From Mobula hypostoma (lineage: Eukaryota): DNA of 64,000 nt. Position 1 is the first letter of the stretch, and every line of letters starts with the position of its first letter. Shown piece by piece: positions 36,760 to 49,350 of this stretch. Below the pieces are notes generated by a model. It had not been told where the DNA came from. It was given only the letters and a program-made list of their open reading frames with translations, and ran no database searches. Location: positions 246,948,001 to 247,012,000 of the forward strand of contig NC_086097.1 in assembly GCF_963921235.1 (NCBI RefSeq), written 5' to 3'. Made by a program: the position numbers and the translations under genes.

Positions 36760-37244
36760 TAATACCATTTAAAAATTTCATGCTAAGACTGTCTGTGTCT
36801 TAATGGCTCTATGACATGCACATGACTGACGCTAGTTTGAAACTGTTTGGCAAGAGTCTCCAGTCCCAGTTAAGCAGCTTAATATCCCAAATAAACAAAG
36901 GGAATCCCATCTATTTTCTTAGTTAGAGTTGTTTCAAATCAGCAGCTGCCAAGATTAACTGATGGCCCAATTAACCAGAATCCATTGCAAATACATTTTT
37001 CTTTTAAGCATGCATGTTAGCATTTGCAGCTCATGCACAGACCGGTGTGGGGCTTTTGGATATAGTAATTCATTTACTAATATTTGATCATATAACCATA
37101 ATTTTAATGTAATTCTTAATAATAGTACAGAACTTTGTTTCCTGAATCCTGAATACTGGAAGCAGCTTATGCATTTCCCCTATACTACTGCAATTAAAAC
37201 TGAAAGATGTCCATTAAGTTAATAAATTGAATGATGTCTATTAA

Positions 37245-37690
37245 ATTTAATTCTGATTCACATTCCCATTCTGACATGTCAATCCATGGCCTCCTCTTGT
37301 GCCAAGAGGAGGCCATTCTCAGCGTGGAGTGCCAACTCCTTATATTCTGTCCATACCCTCCAACCTGACAGCATGAATATCGATTTCTCCATGAACAAAG
37401 TCCACCCCTCCCTCCCCCACTCTGACCTTTCACTTCTTCTCAACTGCCCATCACCTCCCCCTGGTCCTTGTTCCTTTCTCCTCTGGTCCACTCTCCTCTC
37501 TTACCAGATTCCTTCTTCTCCAACCCTTCACCTATCACCTTCTAGCTATCCTCCTTCCCCACCTTCTCAGTCCTGAAGAAGGGTCTCGGCCCATTTCCAT
37601 AGACACTGCCTGACCTGCTGAGTTCCTCCAGCATTTTGTGTGGTGTTGCTTTGGATTTCCAGCATTTGCAAATCTTCTTGTGTTTATGTA
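37245..37690 (+). mobile_element. Penelope-like element 3' fragment
   Basis: SHSHSDMSIHGLL..LQPDSMNIDFS-type coding end, a pyrimidine-rich repeat, and a truncated hammerhead core CAGTCCTGAAGAAGGGTCTCGGCCC. Confidence 0.75.
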
Positions 37691-38449
37691 ACGAATGAAT
37701 GTGGAAGTTTTTGTACCATCACAAATCTTAAATCTTTAAAATAGATGAAATTTCTTCTTATTACATCACCTATTGCCCTTCAACTATGTTGTATTAACTT
37801 CATTTTATTTCATTCATGGCTAAGTACTCTGCTCTCAATCTTAGAATTCTTTATTCATTTATACTGTTCCTAGTTTCTACAACTTTTCACCACGATAAAT
37901 TTTCTTAAATTTAGTCCATTCCGATCCCACTCTTTAATTTAAAGATATATTCCCTCTGACACAACCAGCTAATTCCATTGGTGTTTTAAGTAATACAATC
38001 TATTCACAGAAATAATCAATGTCTTGGCTGTCTCCATGACTTCTGCACATCATTCTATTGGAGGTTTTGCCATCACTCCGATCTTCCCCATTCACCTCGA
38101 GAAGCCTCTGATGGGTTTTGGGAATAAGTATTTTTAATTGTCAGTAAAGCTAAATGCAGAGGTATCATATCATTTCATCTGGTGCCTGAAATTGAACACA
38201 CATCAGAGACTTCCTCTAATTATTATAATGCCATCTGGTTCATGTTTCGGTACTTGCTTCAATACCCTGAAAGTAAAACACCTTCAATCATTTCATCATA
38301 ATTATGATTGTAGACAAGAGAATGGAACTCTGATTAAGGTTATCACTCTTGTAGTCATTTTCTATAAACAGATTATACAAAGTTAAGGTTAAACATTATA
38401 AGATTTTTTGTTATTGGTAAGCAAAGTAGTAATAATGCATAATAAATAC

Positions 38450-41150
38450 AAGATGCTGTAAAAATGTTATTTTATTTCTAGTAGTTTAGCATACAATTAA
38501 AATGTTATTAGGGCAAGGGCATCAGCCTTTTAACACTTAATTGTGTTTTTCAGCTTCATAACACCATTAAACCCAAATTTCACCAATTACTGTGAGCCTC
38601 ATGCTAGTGGTTAGATTCACTTTCACTTTTTTAAAAATTCACACTGCCATACAAATTTCACAGCTATGCAATGCACACAAGTAGTAGAAAAAAAGGACCC
38701 AAGCTAATGTCTAAAACAATGTCTATATTTTGCAACAATTCCCTCAATTCTATACAGTGCAAATGAACCCTAGATTGAAAAAGACAAGTTGAATATACAT
38801 GTGACAAAGGTAAACGGTACATCTAAAAGACAAAAAAATGATATTTACTAGGTTATACATTCCAGATTCTCAGCACTCCAGATTTAGTGACAATGTCCTC
38901 GTGTTCCTAGTTGAACTTCGAAGAATTCATCTGCAGTTATATTAAATTTTGTCTGAATCTCTGTCAATAGAAAGTGAACAAAATGGAATGGGAATGTGCT
39001 TCCAAACTAAACCTTTCTTCATACCTCTACTTTCCCCACCGCTTCTCTGCAGGGCTAAGGACTGCAATACAGACAATACATATATTTTTACAAAAAAAAA
39101 GAAACTGCTCTTTGAACTGTAATGCATAATTCTGAAGATGGTATTGTGTTCTAGGCCAGCAGACCCAAAAGTATGGCACTATTTTACAGGGTTTTTAGCA
39201 GTTTTCATCTGCATAATTCATTTGCCACATTCCTGATGGATGTAACCTGTAAAAATTTCAATTTAAGGCATATTCAGATAAGTTTCTATATACAAGTTTT
39301 ACATTGCTTTGCTATAGTACAGCTCAGCTTGATTATATATCTATTGTGCATCAGTGAATCATTTGAAAAAAAAACAAAGTTCCACTCACAATCATTTGAT
39401 ATGACATACTGAGATCCATTTACATGCAATTCTGGAAAGCTAGGTAACACAAAACATGAACAGTTTGTTGTCTTGAGCAAACCCAGTAACTCGTGCCTAA
39501 TGTTAATCATCTTTACGTTCCCTTGCTGTGTGACAGCATACCTACAAGGTTTTCTCAAATTTTTATGGAGATTCACTTTAATCCAACCTGCCAAATGGGA
39601 AAAGCACAAGATGGAAGACAGGATTTTGCATCCAATGAAATAATACTTTTAAATGTCTTCAAAGGTAGTACTGAAAAAACAGCTGTTCATTTGGTACAGT
39701 GGATTTACGGATGGGTGGGTTAAATTAAAATAGCTGAGAGTTCTATTGTATATGAATTATCTAATGAAATACAAACTCCATCAACCCATATACCAAAGTA
39801 AAATTTAATATGATCAAGCTCCATTGCTAACCCAAAGAGAAAAGCAGATCAATTCACTGATGGAAATGTAATAAATTATTTGTAGTTTAAAAACTGGAGA
39901 TCATAATTTAAGCTTAGATATTTACAAAACAGCTTCTCAATTTTCAGTCTTGATATCAAAGCACAGTGATGAAGTCAGATCTTCCATTTGCTCAAGGCTA
40001 AACAAAATGTAGACCATTTCAGGAAGACAATACTCAAAAAACACGAGAATACATGTTTTTCTCAACCATCCAACTACCAAAGTTGTAGAACTCAACAGCA
40101 AGTGCTCTTGTACTTTTATTAGACTTGAAAAGTGTTAATCCATTTTGTTATTAAGGCCTAATGATTCAACATTTGTATGAGCTACTGACTTCTCACAAGA
40201 GACTTGTGTAGAATACTGTGAAATAAAACAAAGTAAAAAAATGTACAGTATGTGCAAACTTTTTCCTATTAATTTCAGTGTGACTAGTGACAAAAACGTG
40301 TGCACTCTAAAAGAAGCCTTACTTTCTGTCTAACCTGCATCAGAAACACACAGCTCCAGATTAATAGCTTCAGTGGGTTTCCAGCAAATTTATAAAGGTC
40401 AAAGCAACACAAAATATCCAAAGGTAAGCTGCCAATAATCCAACTAAATCTACTTTGAGACTCACTTTATAGTTTCACAGTTTTCTCTGCTTAAACTCTA
40501 GTGAGGCTTTCCAAACTATTATGCACCAAGCTTTGTCTCAGCTAGCAACAGCTTAAGATAATTCTTGATGTAAATGTAAACAGCAAGTGTATTTGATTTT
40601 TTTAAAAAATCAAAGGTAAAAAATCAGCGTTAATAACTGAATATACAGGGAGGCAGTTTTTTTAAAAGAGCACATTTGGTAAGAGCAAGATTCCCTTAAT
40701 ACCAAATATTCCTCTCCCAAATATCAGCACTTAGATTAGTTGTACTAAGGAAGTAAAAAAAATTACACAGAATTTGCAAAAACAGTTTGAACTCAAAATG
40801 TGATTTAACAAAATGCATTGCCTTGCAAGAGAAGTTACCTCTTCATTGTGTATTTGAAACGACTGAACTGATTAACCTTTCCCCGAAAATCCATTCAAAA
40901 AAAAACTTCCAATGGTACTTGTGATAAAAGGATATAAACCCAATGCCTATATACCAATTGACACAGCACAAAAGTACTTTGAATTGACATTAAACCTCCT
41001 GATAGTCTGTTGTAAAATTGGGTCCAATTCATGCTTTTGGAAATCTGAATTTGTATGACATTAGTGTACCTTCAATCATTATGAAGGAACAGCAAATGAA
41101 ATGAAATACTTAGTATGCTTGGACTTCTAAAATAGTTTAGTCTACCAAGT
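38450..41150 (-). other. RALA: Putative RALA 3' UTR with candidate polyadenylation signals
   Basis: AT-rich stretch with no recognisable repeats after the stop codon. Minus-strand AATAAA at 40115-40120 and 38471-38476, the latter followed by CA and a U-rich tract. The end point is inferred. Confidence 0.55.
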
Positions 41151-41336
<186 letters not shown>

Positions 41337-42295
41337 CTAAAACATTGAAAGGTTAAAAATATTAAATTGGGAAATACTTGCGATGGTTTCATATGCTAGT
41401 CTAAAAGAAATCACAGTTCAATAATCCATCATAAGGGGAGCATGACCAAGATCTTTAACTCAGGCTAGAATTTAACTATGATACTTTTTCTTCCTAAAAT
41501 GCAAAGCAAATATTTTGATATAAAAGTGAGCACTTCGTCAGAAAGCCACACACAGAATTCCTCAGGTTATACACACACTGAGTTCTAAAGGAAAATGGGA
41601 GAGGAATTGAATGAAGGTTAAGGGGAAGAAGGAGGGAGGGAATGTCGACTCAGACCATGAAGGGCCTGCATCGGGGGGGGCGGGGGGGAAGAAGAAAAGC
41701 CGACTTATGGAAACATCTTAGACAGCTTTCTAACTTCAAGGTGCAAGAATTTACCAAATAAAGATGAGCTTTATTTGACATATTGTACATCAAAACATTA
41801 TGAAATGTATCATTTGTGTCAGCTCAAATCAGCAAGGATTGTGCAAGTGTTGCCATGCTTCTGGCACCAACGTAGCATGCCGACAACTTGCTAACTTTGA
41901 CTATGTCTTTGGAACGTGGGAGAAACCCACGCAAGAAGGTACAAACCCTTTACAGATAGTGGTGGAAATTGAACCACAGCTGGTGAGCACTGTAAAGTGA
42001 TGGGCTAACCACTAGACTACTGTGCCACTCCCGCTACCATTTAGGTATTCCAAACTGCTTCTGTATATCTCATATTTTACTATCTCAACTTTTATGGTAA
42101 AGGAGGTAACCATTTGAATGTTTGCTGGTTCTTAGAGAAACCGCATCATTCTCCCAATTATGCTTCTGCAATGTATTCTTCGTATCAACTGCCCAATGAC
42201 TCACCTGCTATCCTCCTACAATTCACCGTAACTAAATCTACTAACCTTCGCTATTTTGCAAACCTTTTTTCCAAACTTAGCATAGTGTAAAGAAT

Positions 42296-42590
42296 GGCAC
42301 CACAGTGGCACAGTGATTAGCATAACACTATTATAGCTCAGGGCATAAGAGTTTGGAGTTCAATCCCGGTATCATCCGTAAGGAGTCTATATGTTCTCCC
42401 CATGGAATGGATGGGTTTTCCCCAGGTGCTCCAGTTTCCTTCAACATTCCAAAGACATACTGGTTGGTAGGTTAATTGGTCATTGTAAATTGCCCCATGA
42501 TTAGTCCAGAGTTAAATCGGGGGTTGCTGGGTGGAACGGTTGGAAGGGCCTCTTCCATGCTGTATCTCAATCAATCAATCAATCAATAAA
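42296..42590 (+). mobile_element. HE1/V-type SINE in RALA intron
   Basis: tRNA-like head (GGAGTTCAATCCC), core GGGTTTTCCCCAGGTGCTCCAGTTTCC and a (TCAA)n tail. Confidence 0.75.
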
Positions 42591-43360
42591 TTAAGGTCAA
42601 CTGCAACTCAGATTTAACCTAAGACAAGGAAAGGAAGTAATTAATTAATTAGGAATAAAAATTTGCAAAGACTTCTTGTAGAGGGGTGGGCAGAAGACTG
42701 CAAAACTCATAGTACCTATATTCATTTGGGTGGCAAAATCATCTGTGCCAAGGTATTCAAAATTTAAAGCAAACTTGGAGCATAACTGAACTCCTTTAAT
42801 GTCACTATTTTGTAAATTTCTCCGGCAATTATTTCTGAACTGGACCTAAGGACTTCCTGCAGCAATTGTCTCAGTAACCATAAAAGAAACACATCCCATC
42901 AAGGCCCATTCACCATTAGGATTTTTCTTCCCTTCTTTCTTCAGCTAAAAAAAAGTACAAAACCACACTAATGGGTCATCAGATCCAAAGAAAGGGACTT
43001 TAACTGGTCAATATATTTTGTTACATCCTACTTATTTTCCCATCCTTCACCCTTTTGATTGACCGTAAAATGGCACTGCACTTTGGATCTTTCTTTCTTC
43101 TCATGTCAGTGATCCCATCTTACTTGCATATGAATGCCTGTCAGAAAATTCTAATATTCTATACAAAAAAAACTGAAGTCAATTGAAAACATTTGTAATT
43201 CTATATACAAAAGGGAAAAGCTGCAATGTGTAACAACCTCAAATTGGATTAAAATAGAAAAAAAAAACCCACAGGAAATACTTAACATTTACGGAACAAG
43301 AAATTAAGTTAACAGTTTAAGTACATCAACCTGAAACAGCTCCACTTTGCTCATGGTAGA

Positions 43361-43549
43361 ATCACAAACACAGGAAAATCCACAGCAACACACACAAAAT
43401 ACTGGAGGAACTCAGCAGGTTAGTCAGCATCTAGCATCTATGGAAAGGAATACACAGGACTGAGGAAATCTTGGCCTGAAACATCAAATGTTCATTCCTT
43501 TCTGTAGATGCGGCCTGACTGGCTGAGTTCCTTCAGCATTTTGTGTGTG
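43361..43549. mobile_element. Inverted pair of Penelope-like terminal-repeat fragments (hairpin) with a 14-bp TSD
   Basis: TTGCTCATGGTAGA at 43347-43360 and 43550-43563. Arms ~43384-43450 and ~43494-43554 are reverse complementary. Confidence 0.8.
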
Positions 43550-43640
43550 TTGCTCATGGTAGATGCTTTCTGACCTGTGTACTTGCAAGTTGGTTTTACT
43601 TCACAGTTCCAGCATCTGGAAAATGTGGTTACAAATTTCA

Positions 43641-43877
<237 letters not shown>

Positions 43878-43982
43878 TTAATTCTTAGATGCATTTTGTG
43901 TAGAAAAGTGGAGTAGGCTATCTCACACGTGTGAAAATGTAATAATGGTACTATTGGTTAGACTTCTTTATATTGTTTAGAA

Positions 43983-45437
43983 CAGTGGTCCCCAACCGCC
44001 AGGCTGCAAAGCATACGCTACCAGGCCACGAGGAAACGATATGAGCCAGCTAGCTGCACCTTTCCTCATTCCCGGTCACGCCCACTGTTGAACTTGAACG
44101 CATGCAAGGTCATTACCCACGCGAGGTCATCAGTCGGTCATTAACAATGTGTCATACACAGGGAAATGCTGACTAGCCGAAAAATGTCACCTGATCTTAA
44201 CAGCATATTGAGTGACGTTGTTGAAATTATCAATCACATCAAAGCAAAAGCCCTTAACTCACGTCTGTTTGAGCAGCTTTGCGAGGAAATGGATGCACAG
44301 CACAAACGCCTTCTCTTACACACTGAAGTCAGGTGGCTATCAAGGAGGAGAGCCCTGGCCAGGGTTTTTGAGTTAAGAGAGCAGCTACAGAGATTTCTTT
44401 CAGGAAAAAAGTCACCACTGGCAGCACACTTCAGCAAAACTTGCTTATCTGTGTGACATCTTCAACCTGCTCAATGAACTCAATTTGTCACTTCAGGGGA
44501 AGATGACAACTGTCTTCAAGTTGGCAGATAAAGTGTCTGCTTTCAAAGCCAAAATGGAACTATGGGGACGGCAAGTGGACAGGGGTATATTTGACATGTT
44601 CCCAACATTAGCTGGGATTTTGGGAGAGAATGAGGTTGCACCATCCTTCCCACAGCTGGTGCGCGAACACCTAACTTCACTGTCAACAGAATTTGAGTGT
44701 TAATACCCAACCGCAAATGACCCAAGACGTGCAAAGGAACGGGTCCATGACACATTTGTGAATGTCCCCGGTGAATCATCCACGTCAGCGCAGGAAGAAG
44801 ATCAACTCCTCAAGCTTGCAAATGGCGACGGGCTGAAAAGTATGTTTGATATAACATCTCTGCCGGCATTCTGGATCAAAGTCAAGGCTGAATATCCTGA
44901 GATAGCCACGAAAGCACTGAAAACGTTGCCTCCATTTCCAACATATCTCTGCAATGAATGCAACGAAAACTAAATTGCGGAATAGACTGGACATAAGGAA
45001 CCCCCTTCAAGTATCGCTGTCTCCCATCACCCCTCGATGGCACCGTCTTGTTGCAGGGGAACAAGCCCAGAACTCCCACTGATTCAGCGATATTGGTGCG
45101 TCACAATGATTTTATATGTTCATACGGGGAAAATATGCGCTGTGTTTAATATCCAAACATTACTTAAAATGTTATGATGCTATTGACTTATAAGTGACAT
45201 AATTGACTTATCACTATATTCATGCGAGGAAAATATGCACTGTGTTTAATATAAATTTCATTAGATAAACCCTTTTAGAAACTAAATTGAGTGTATTAGC
45301 CACTTATAAGTGACTTACAGTTGGCTTATCACCTATATTCCGATCGTGATTAACACCAACCCCACCCGTCGGCCGGTCTGCAAGAATATTGTCAATATTA
45401 AACCAGTCCGTGGTGCAAAAAAGGTTGGGGACCCCTG
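43983..45437 (+). mobile_element. hAT (Charlie/Buster-type) DNA transposon, internally deleted
   Basis: TIRs CAGTGGTCCCCAACC and GGTTGGGGACCCCTG. Imperfect 8-bp TSD GTTTAGAA/GTTTGGAG. Transposase remnants LLLHTEVRWLSR, SLQG and FWIKVKAEYPEIA. Confidence 0.92.
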
Positions 45438-45439
45438 GT

Positions 45440-45692
45440 TTGGAGATACAGCATGGAACCAACAACTTACCTACCTATCTATCCCTAGCTAAATAACGGC
45501 AATTTACAATGAGCAATTAATCTATTAACCGCTGCGTCTTTGGACTGTGGGAGGAAACTGGAGCACCCAAAGGAAACCCACATGCTCACAGAAAGGACAT
45601 ACAAACTTCTCAGAGGACCTCAGAAATGAACTATCAACTCTGAAGCCCCAAGCTGTAATAGCATCGTGCTAATCACTACGCTACAGTAGCAC
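45440..45692 (-). mobile_element. HE1/V-type SINE
   Basis: Reverse-complement SINE core GGACTGTGGGAGGAAACTGGAGCACCC, similar to 32440-32720. Confidence 0.7.
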
Positions 45693-45809
45693 CGCTCGCA
45701 GCCGTGCTCTTAAAGTTAAGTTTTTCCATATTGGTATGTCAATGTTTTAACTTTAGGCCCACAACAGAGCCACAAAGTGCAATATCAAAAGAAATTAAAT
45801 ATCTGAAAT

Positions 45810-46366
45810 ATCATGAACTGTGAGGTAACGTTATAGCTCCATAAAACCCTCGTTATAGGACACAATGGAAATATTGCCTTCAGTTTTTGCTGCCTATTGC
45901 AGGAAGGATGTGGACGAGAAGGTGCAGAGGAGATTTACCAGGATGCATGTCTTATAAAGATAGGTTGAACAAGCTAGGGCTTTTCACTTTGGAGCGAAGG
46001 AGGATGAGAGGTGAGTTGATAGAGGTGTACAAGATGATAAGAGGCATAAGTAGATAGCCAAAGACTTTCTCCCAGGGTGGAAACGGCTAATACAAGCGGG
46101 TATCATTTTAAGGTGATTGGAGGTAAGTATAATGGGATGTCAGAAGTAAATTAATTCCCCCCCCCTGCCACAGAGGGTGGGGTGTGTGAAACACACTGCT
46201 GGGGTGGTGGTAGAGGCAGATATATTAGAGACATTTAAGAAACTCTTAATAGGCACGTGGATGATAAAAAAATGGAGGGCTATATAGGAGTGAAGGGTTA
46301 GATTGATCTTAAAGTAGATTAAAATTTCGACACAACATGTACAGTGCTGCACTGATTTATGTTCTA
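45810..46366 (+). mobile_element. Old CR1 3' fragment
   Basis: Similar to 1130-1680 (VQRRFTRM and RRMRG remnants, 3' tail). Confidence 0.75.
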
Positions 46367-47650
46367 CTAGATATAAGCTGAACCAAGTATAAACTAAATC
46401 CTTTCCCTTATTATGTTCTTATACTTTTAAAATACCTTACCAAGGAGAAAATGAACCCGTATAAAATTGAGGCGGGCTTATGCTCTTCTAGGATTAGTCT
46501 CCTAAATTCTTGTAAACTGTACTAAGCTTAATATTCTCTGGACAGCTTTCAATAATTTCCTTTAGATGCCAAATTCAATTTAGGCTAGGGTTAAATCACG
46601 GGTTGCCGGATGGGCTAGAAGAACCTACTCTGTGCGGCATCTCAATAAAAAAAATTAGCTTTCAGGTTCAAAAAGACAAAGGAATGGCAAATTAAGAATA
46701 TGTCATAAGTTTAAAGAGTGTGGCATTCTTCATTATCCTAGCCACCCATTTGTGTTACAAATGAAGAGGTAAAGAGGATAGTGAAAAATGTTCGAAATAG
46801 TCATGATACAGTGGCTACAGCTTAGTTGCCCTATTCCTTATAATACAGTTCAGTGCTTTAGAGATAGGACGTTGTCCTTTGAAAAAGCTTAGTTAGCCAT
46901 GCTAATGCCATATAGTATAGACTGGAATATGTTGGTGGCCCCATTAAAGTGGAACATTTTTGAATACGCGAGTCTAAAAAACCTAAACGCTGAGTAATAT
47001 ACAAATCCTAGAGCAAGATGCCATTATGGACATTAAACAAAATGTGCCTTCACAAAATATATAACACTGATTTGTTAGATAAATGAACATATCAACCTCT
47101 AACTGTGTCCTTATTCTTGTGGAGATTAAAAATGAGAAAAGCAAATAAAATTGCACTTGTTTGGGGAAAAGTCACCTGAACTTTAAGAATGTTGTTTTCT
47201 TTATATCAGTGCATTACTGCCTGTAACGCCACTGGTGTTTAGGGCAGCAATGAAGGTCCTCCATCTCTGGTGGTGTTCAGGGGTTTTCTTCATCATGTCA
47301 GTAACTTCCTCTCAGTTTTCATTACTGTCAGCCATGCAAGTTCCGGGCGGAGACTCAGGAATACCATCATACTCAGATGTAGGAGGATTCTTCACTGCTG
47401 TTTCCGTTACAATTCTTTTTTTGACGTCGGGCCCTGAGCTGACTCCAAACCTGGAGGACCAGTGGACCACTCCTCGTCTGGCCTCTACCCTTTGACCTGT
47501 TTGGCATGGGTGACCCTACCAAGAGCATAAAGCAGTGACTTCAGCTCTCCGGGTCATTGAGGCAAGCAAGCCTCCAAAGCACAAGGTTGTAGAACACACA
47601 AAAAATGCTGGTGAATGCAGCAGGCCAGGCAGCATCTATAGGCAAAGGTA

Positions 47651-47688
47651 CAGTCGACGTTTCGGGCCGAGACCCTTCGTCAGGACTA
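47651..47688 (-). ncRNA. Minimal type I hammerhead ribozyme motif with intact core
   Basis: Minus strand TAGTC-CTGACGA-A-GGGT(CTCG)GCCC-GAAAC-GTC-GACTG: core CUGANGA/GAAA, GUC cleavage triplet, stem I TAGTC/GACTG and palindromic ACGT helix III. Confidence 0.8.
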
Positions 47689-48087
47689 ACTGAAAGAGTT
47701 AGTAAGAGATTTGAAAGTGGGAGGGGGAGGGGGAGATCCGAAATGATAGGAGAAGACAGGAGGGGGAGGGATGGAGCCAAGAGCTGGACAGGTGATTGGC
47801 AAAAGGGATACAAGGCTGGAGAAGGGAGAGGATCATGGGATGGGAGGCCCCATCTGCTATTTATTTTTTTCCCTCTCTCTCTCTTTTTTCTCCCTCTGTC
47901 CTTCTCACTATACTCCTTGCCCATCCTCTGGGCTTCCCTCCCCCTTTCTTTCTTCCTAGGCCTCCAGCCTCGTATCCCTTTTGCCAATCAACCTTCCAGC
48001 TCTTAGCTCCATCCCCCTCCTGTCTTCTCCTATCATTTCTGATCTCCCTCTCCCACTTTCAAATCTCTTACTATCTCTTCTTTCAGT

Positions 48088-48125
48088 TAGTCCTGACGAA
48101 GGGTCTTGGCCCAAAACGTCGACTG
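48088..48125 (+). ncRNA. Hammerhead motif with mutated core (GAAA to AAAA)
   Basis: TAGTCCTGACGAAGGGTCTTGGCCCAAAACGTCGACTG. The G12-equivalent at 48113 is A. Confidence 0.7.
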
Positions 48126-48344
48126 TACTTCTTCCTAGAGATGCTGCCTGGCCTGCTGCGTTCCACCAGCATTTTTTGTGTGTGTTGCTTGAATTTCCAG
48201 CATCTGCAGATTTCCTCATGTTTGCGTTTTTAAAAACGACAAGGTTGTGGTCCTTTTAGAGGTTCTTTGTATTCGGCTGCTCCCTTATCAGGTTAATATC
48301 TTCATAAAACACAGTAAAAACACCAAGTAAAATAGTATTGCTTA

Positions 48345-48590
<246 letters not shown>

Positions 48591-48984
48591 CTAAAATAGA
48601 CAGTATGTTACAAACAGTGATTCAATACAGTCTTTGTGATGCAGACACTAATTTGTTAGAAACCAAATGCAAGTTTTGGGAGAATGGGAAACATAAACAG
48701 TTTGCAAGTTGGCATTTTAAAACATTATTTAAGCCAACAATTTAAATGACTTTGCCACTTAAACATCTAACATTACAAGAATATCCAATTTAAAACAAAA
48801 TAGATAAGACATATCAAAATGGATTTACTAAAACTTTGGATACAAATGATCATCTGATATGTTTAAAGCAAAAAGGGATAATACTGAAAATACTTAGCAG
48901 GTCAGGGTGCATCTTGGGGAGAAGAAACACAGTTACTATTCCTGAGTTGAAAACCTGACTGGATAATCTGTTTAAAGATTATAA

Positions 48985-49350
48985 AACCATAAGACATAGG
49001 AGCAGAATTAAGCCAGTCGGTCCACTGGATCTGCTCCGTCATTCCATCGTGGTTGATGTATCACTCCCATTCTCCTGCCTTCTCTCCACAACCTTTAACC
49101 TCCGCTTTATATATACCCAATCACTTGGCCTCCTCAGCCATCTGTGGCAATGAATTCCACAGATTCACCACCCTCTGGCTAAAGAAATTCCTCCTCATCT
49201 CTCTTCTGAAGGGACATCCTTCTATTCTGAGGCTGTGCCCTCTGATCCTGGACTCCTCCACTACTGGAAACATCCTCTACTGTATCTAGGCCTTCAATAT
49301 TCAATAGGTTTCATTGAGATTACCCTCTTCCGCCCCCCCCCCCCATTCTT
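48985..49350 (-). mobile_element. Old CR1 3' fragment
   Basis: Reverse complement of the CR1 3' end (GAATTCCACAGATTCACCACCCTCTGG; tail AACCATAAGACATAGG). Confidence 0.8.

Larger units (their letters stand above)
31943..36987. mobile_element. Tigger-like non-autonomous element fragmented by at least five nested insertions
   Basis: Left TIR TAGTAGATTCCAGTTAATTGGG (31943) and right TIR CCCAATTAACCAGAATCCATTG (36987). Pieces at 31943-32040, 32195-32265, 32720-32800 and 36762-36987 are collinear with the uninterrupted copy at 59772-60526. Confidence 0.7.
47591..48238. mobile_element. Penelope-like insertion made of two inverted terminal-repeat copies, with a 10-bp TSD
   Basis: ACAAGGTTGT at 47581-47590 and 48239-48248. 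Minus copy ~47593-47850 and plus copy ~47855-48230, both homologous to the PLE tail at 53280-53645. Confidence 0.88.

Noticed and set aside
44166..44973. Domesticated transposase gene (ZBED5/SCAND3-like)
   Set aside because: Fragmented by frameshifts and stops, lacks the N-terminus, and is bounded by TIRs and a TSD.
47605..48259. Cluster of overlapping ORFs containing VSPDEGSRPET
   Set aside because: These are translations of the non-coding Penelope-like terminal repeat; the motif is the hammerhead sequence read as codons.
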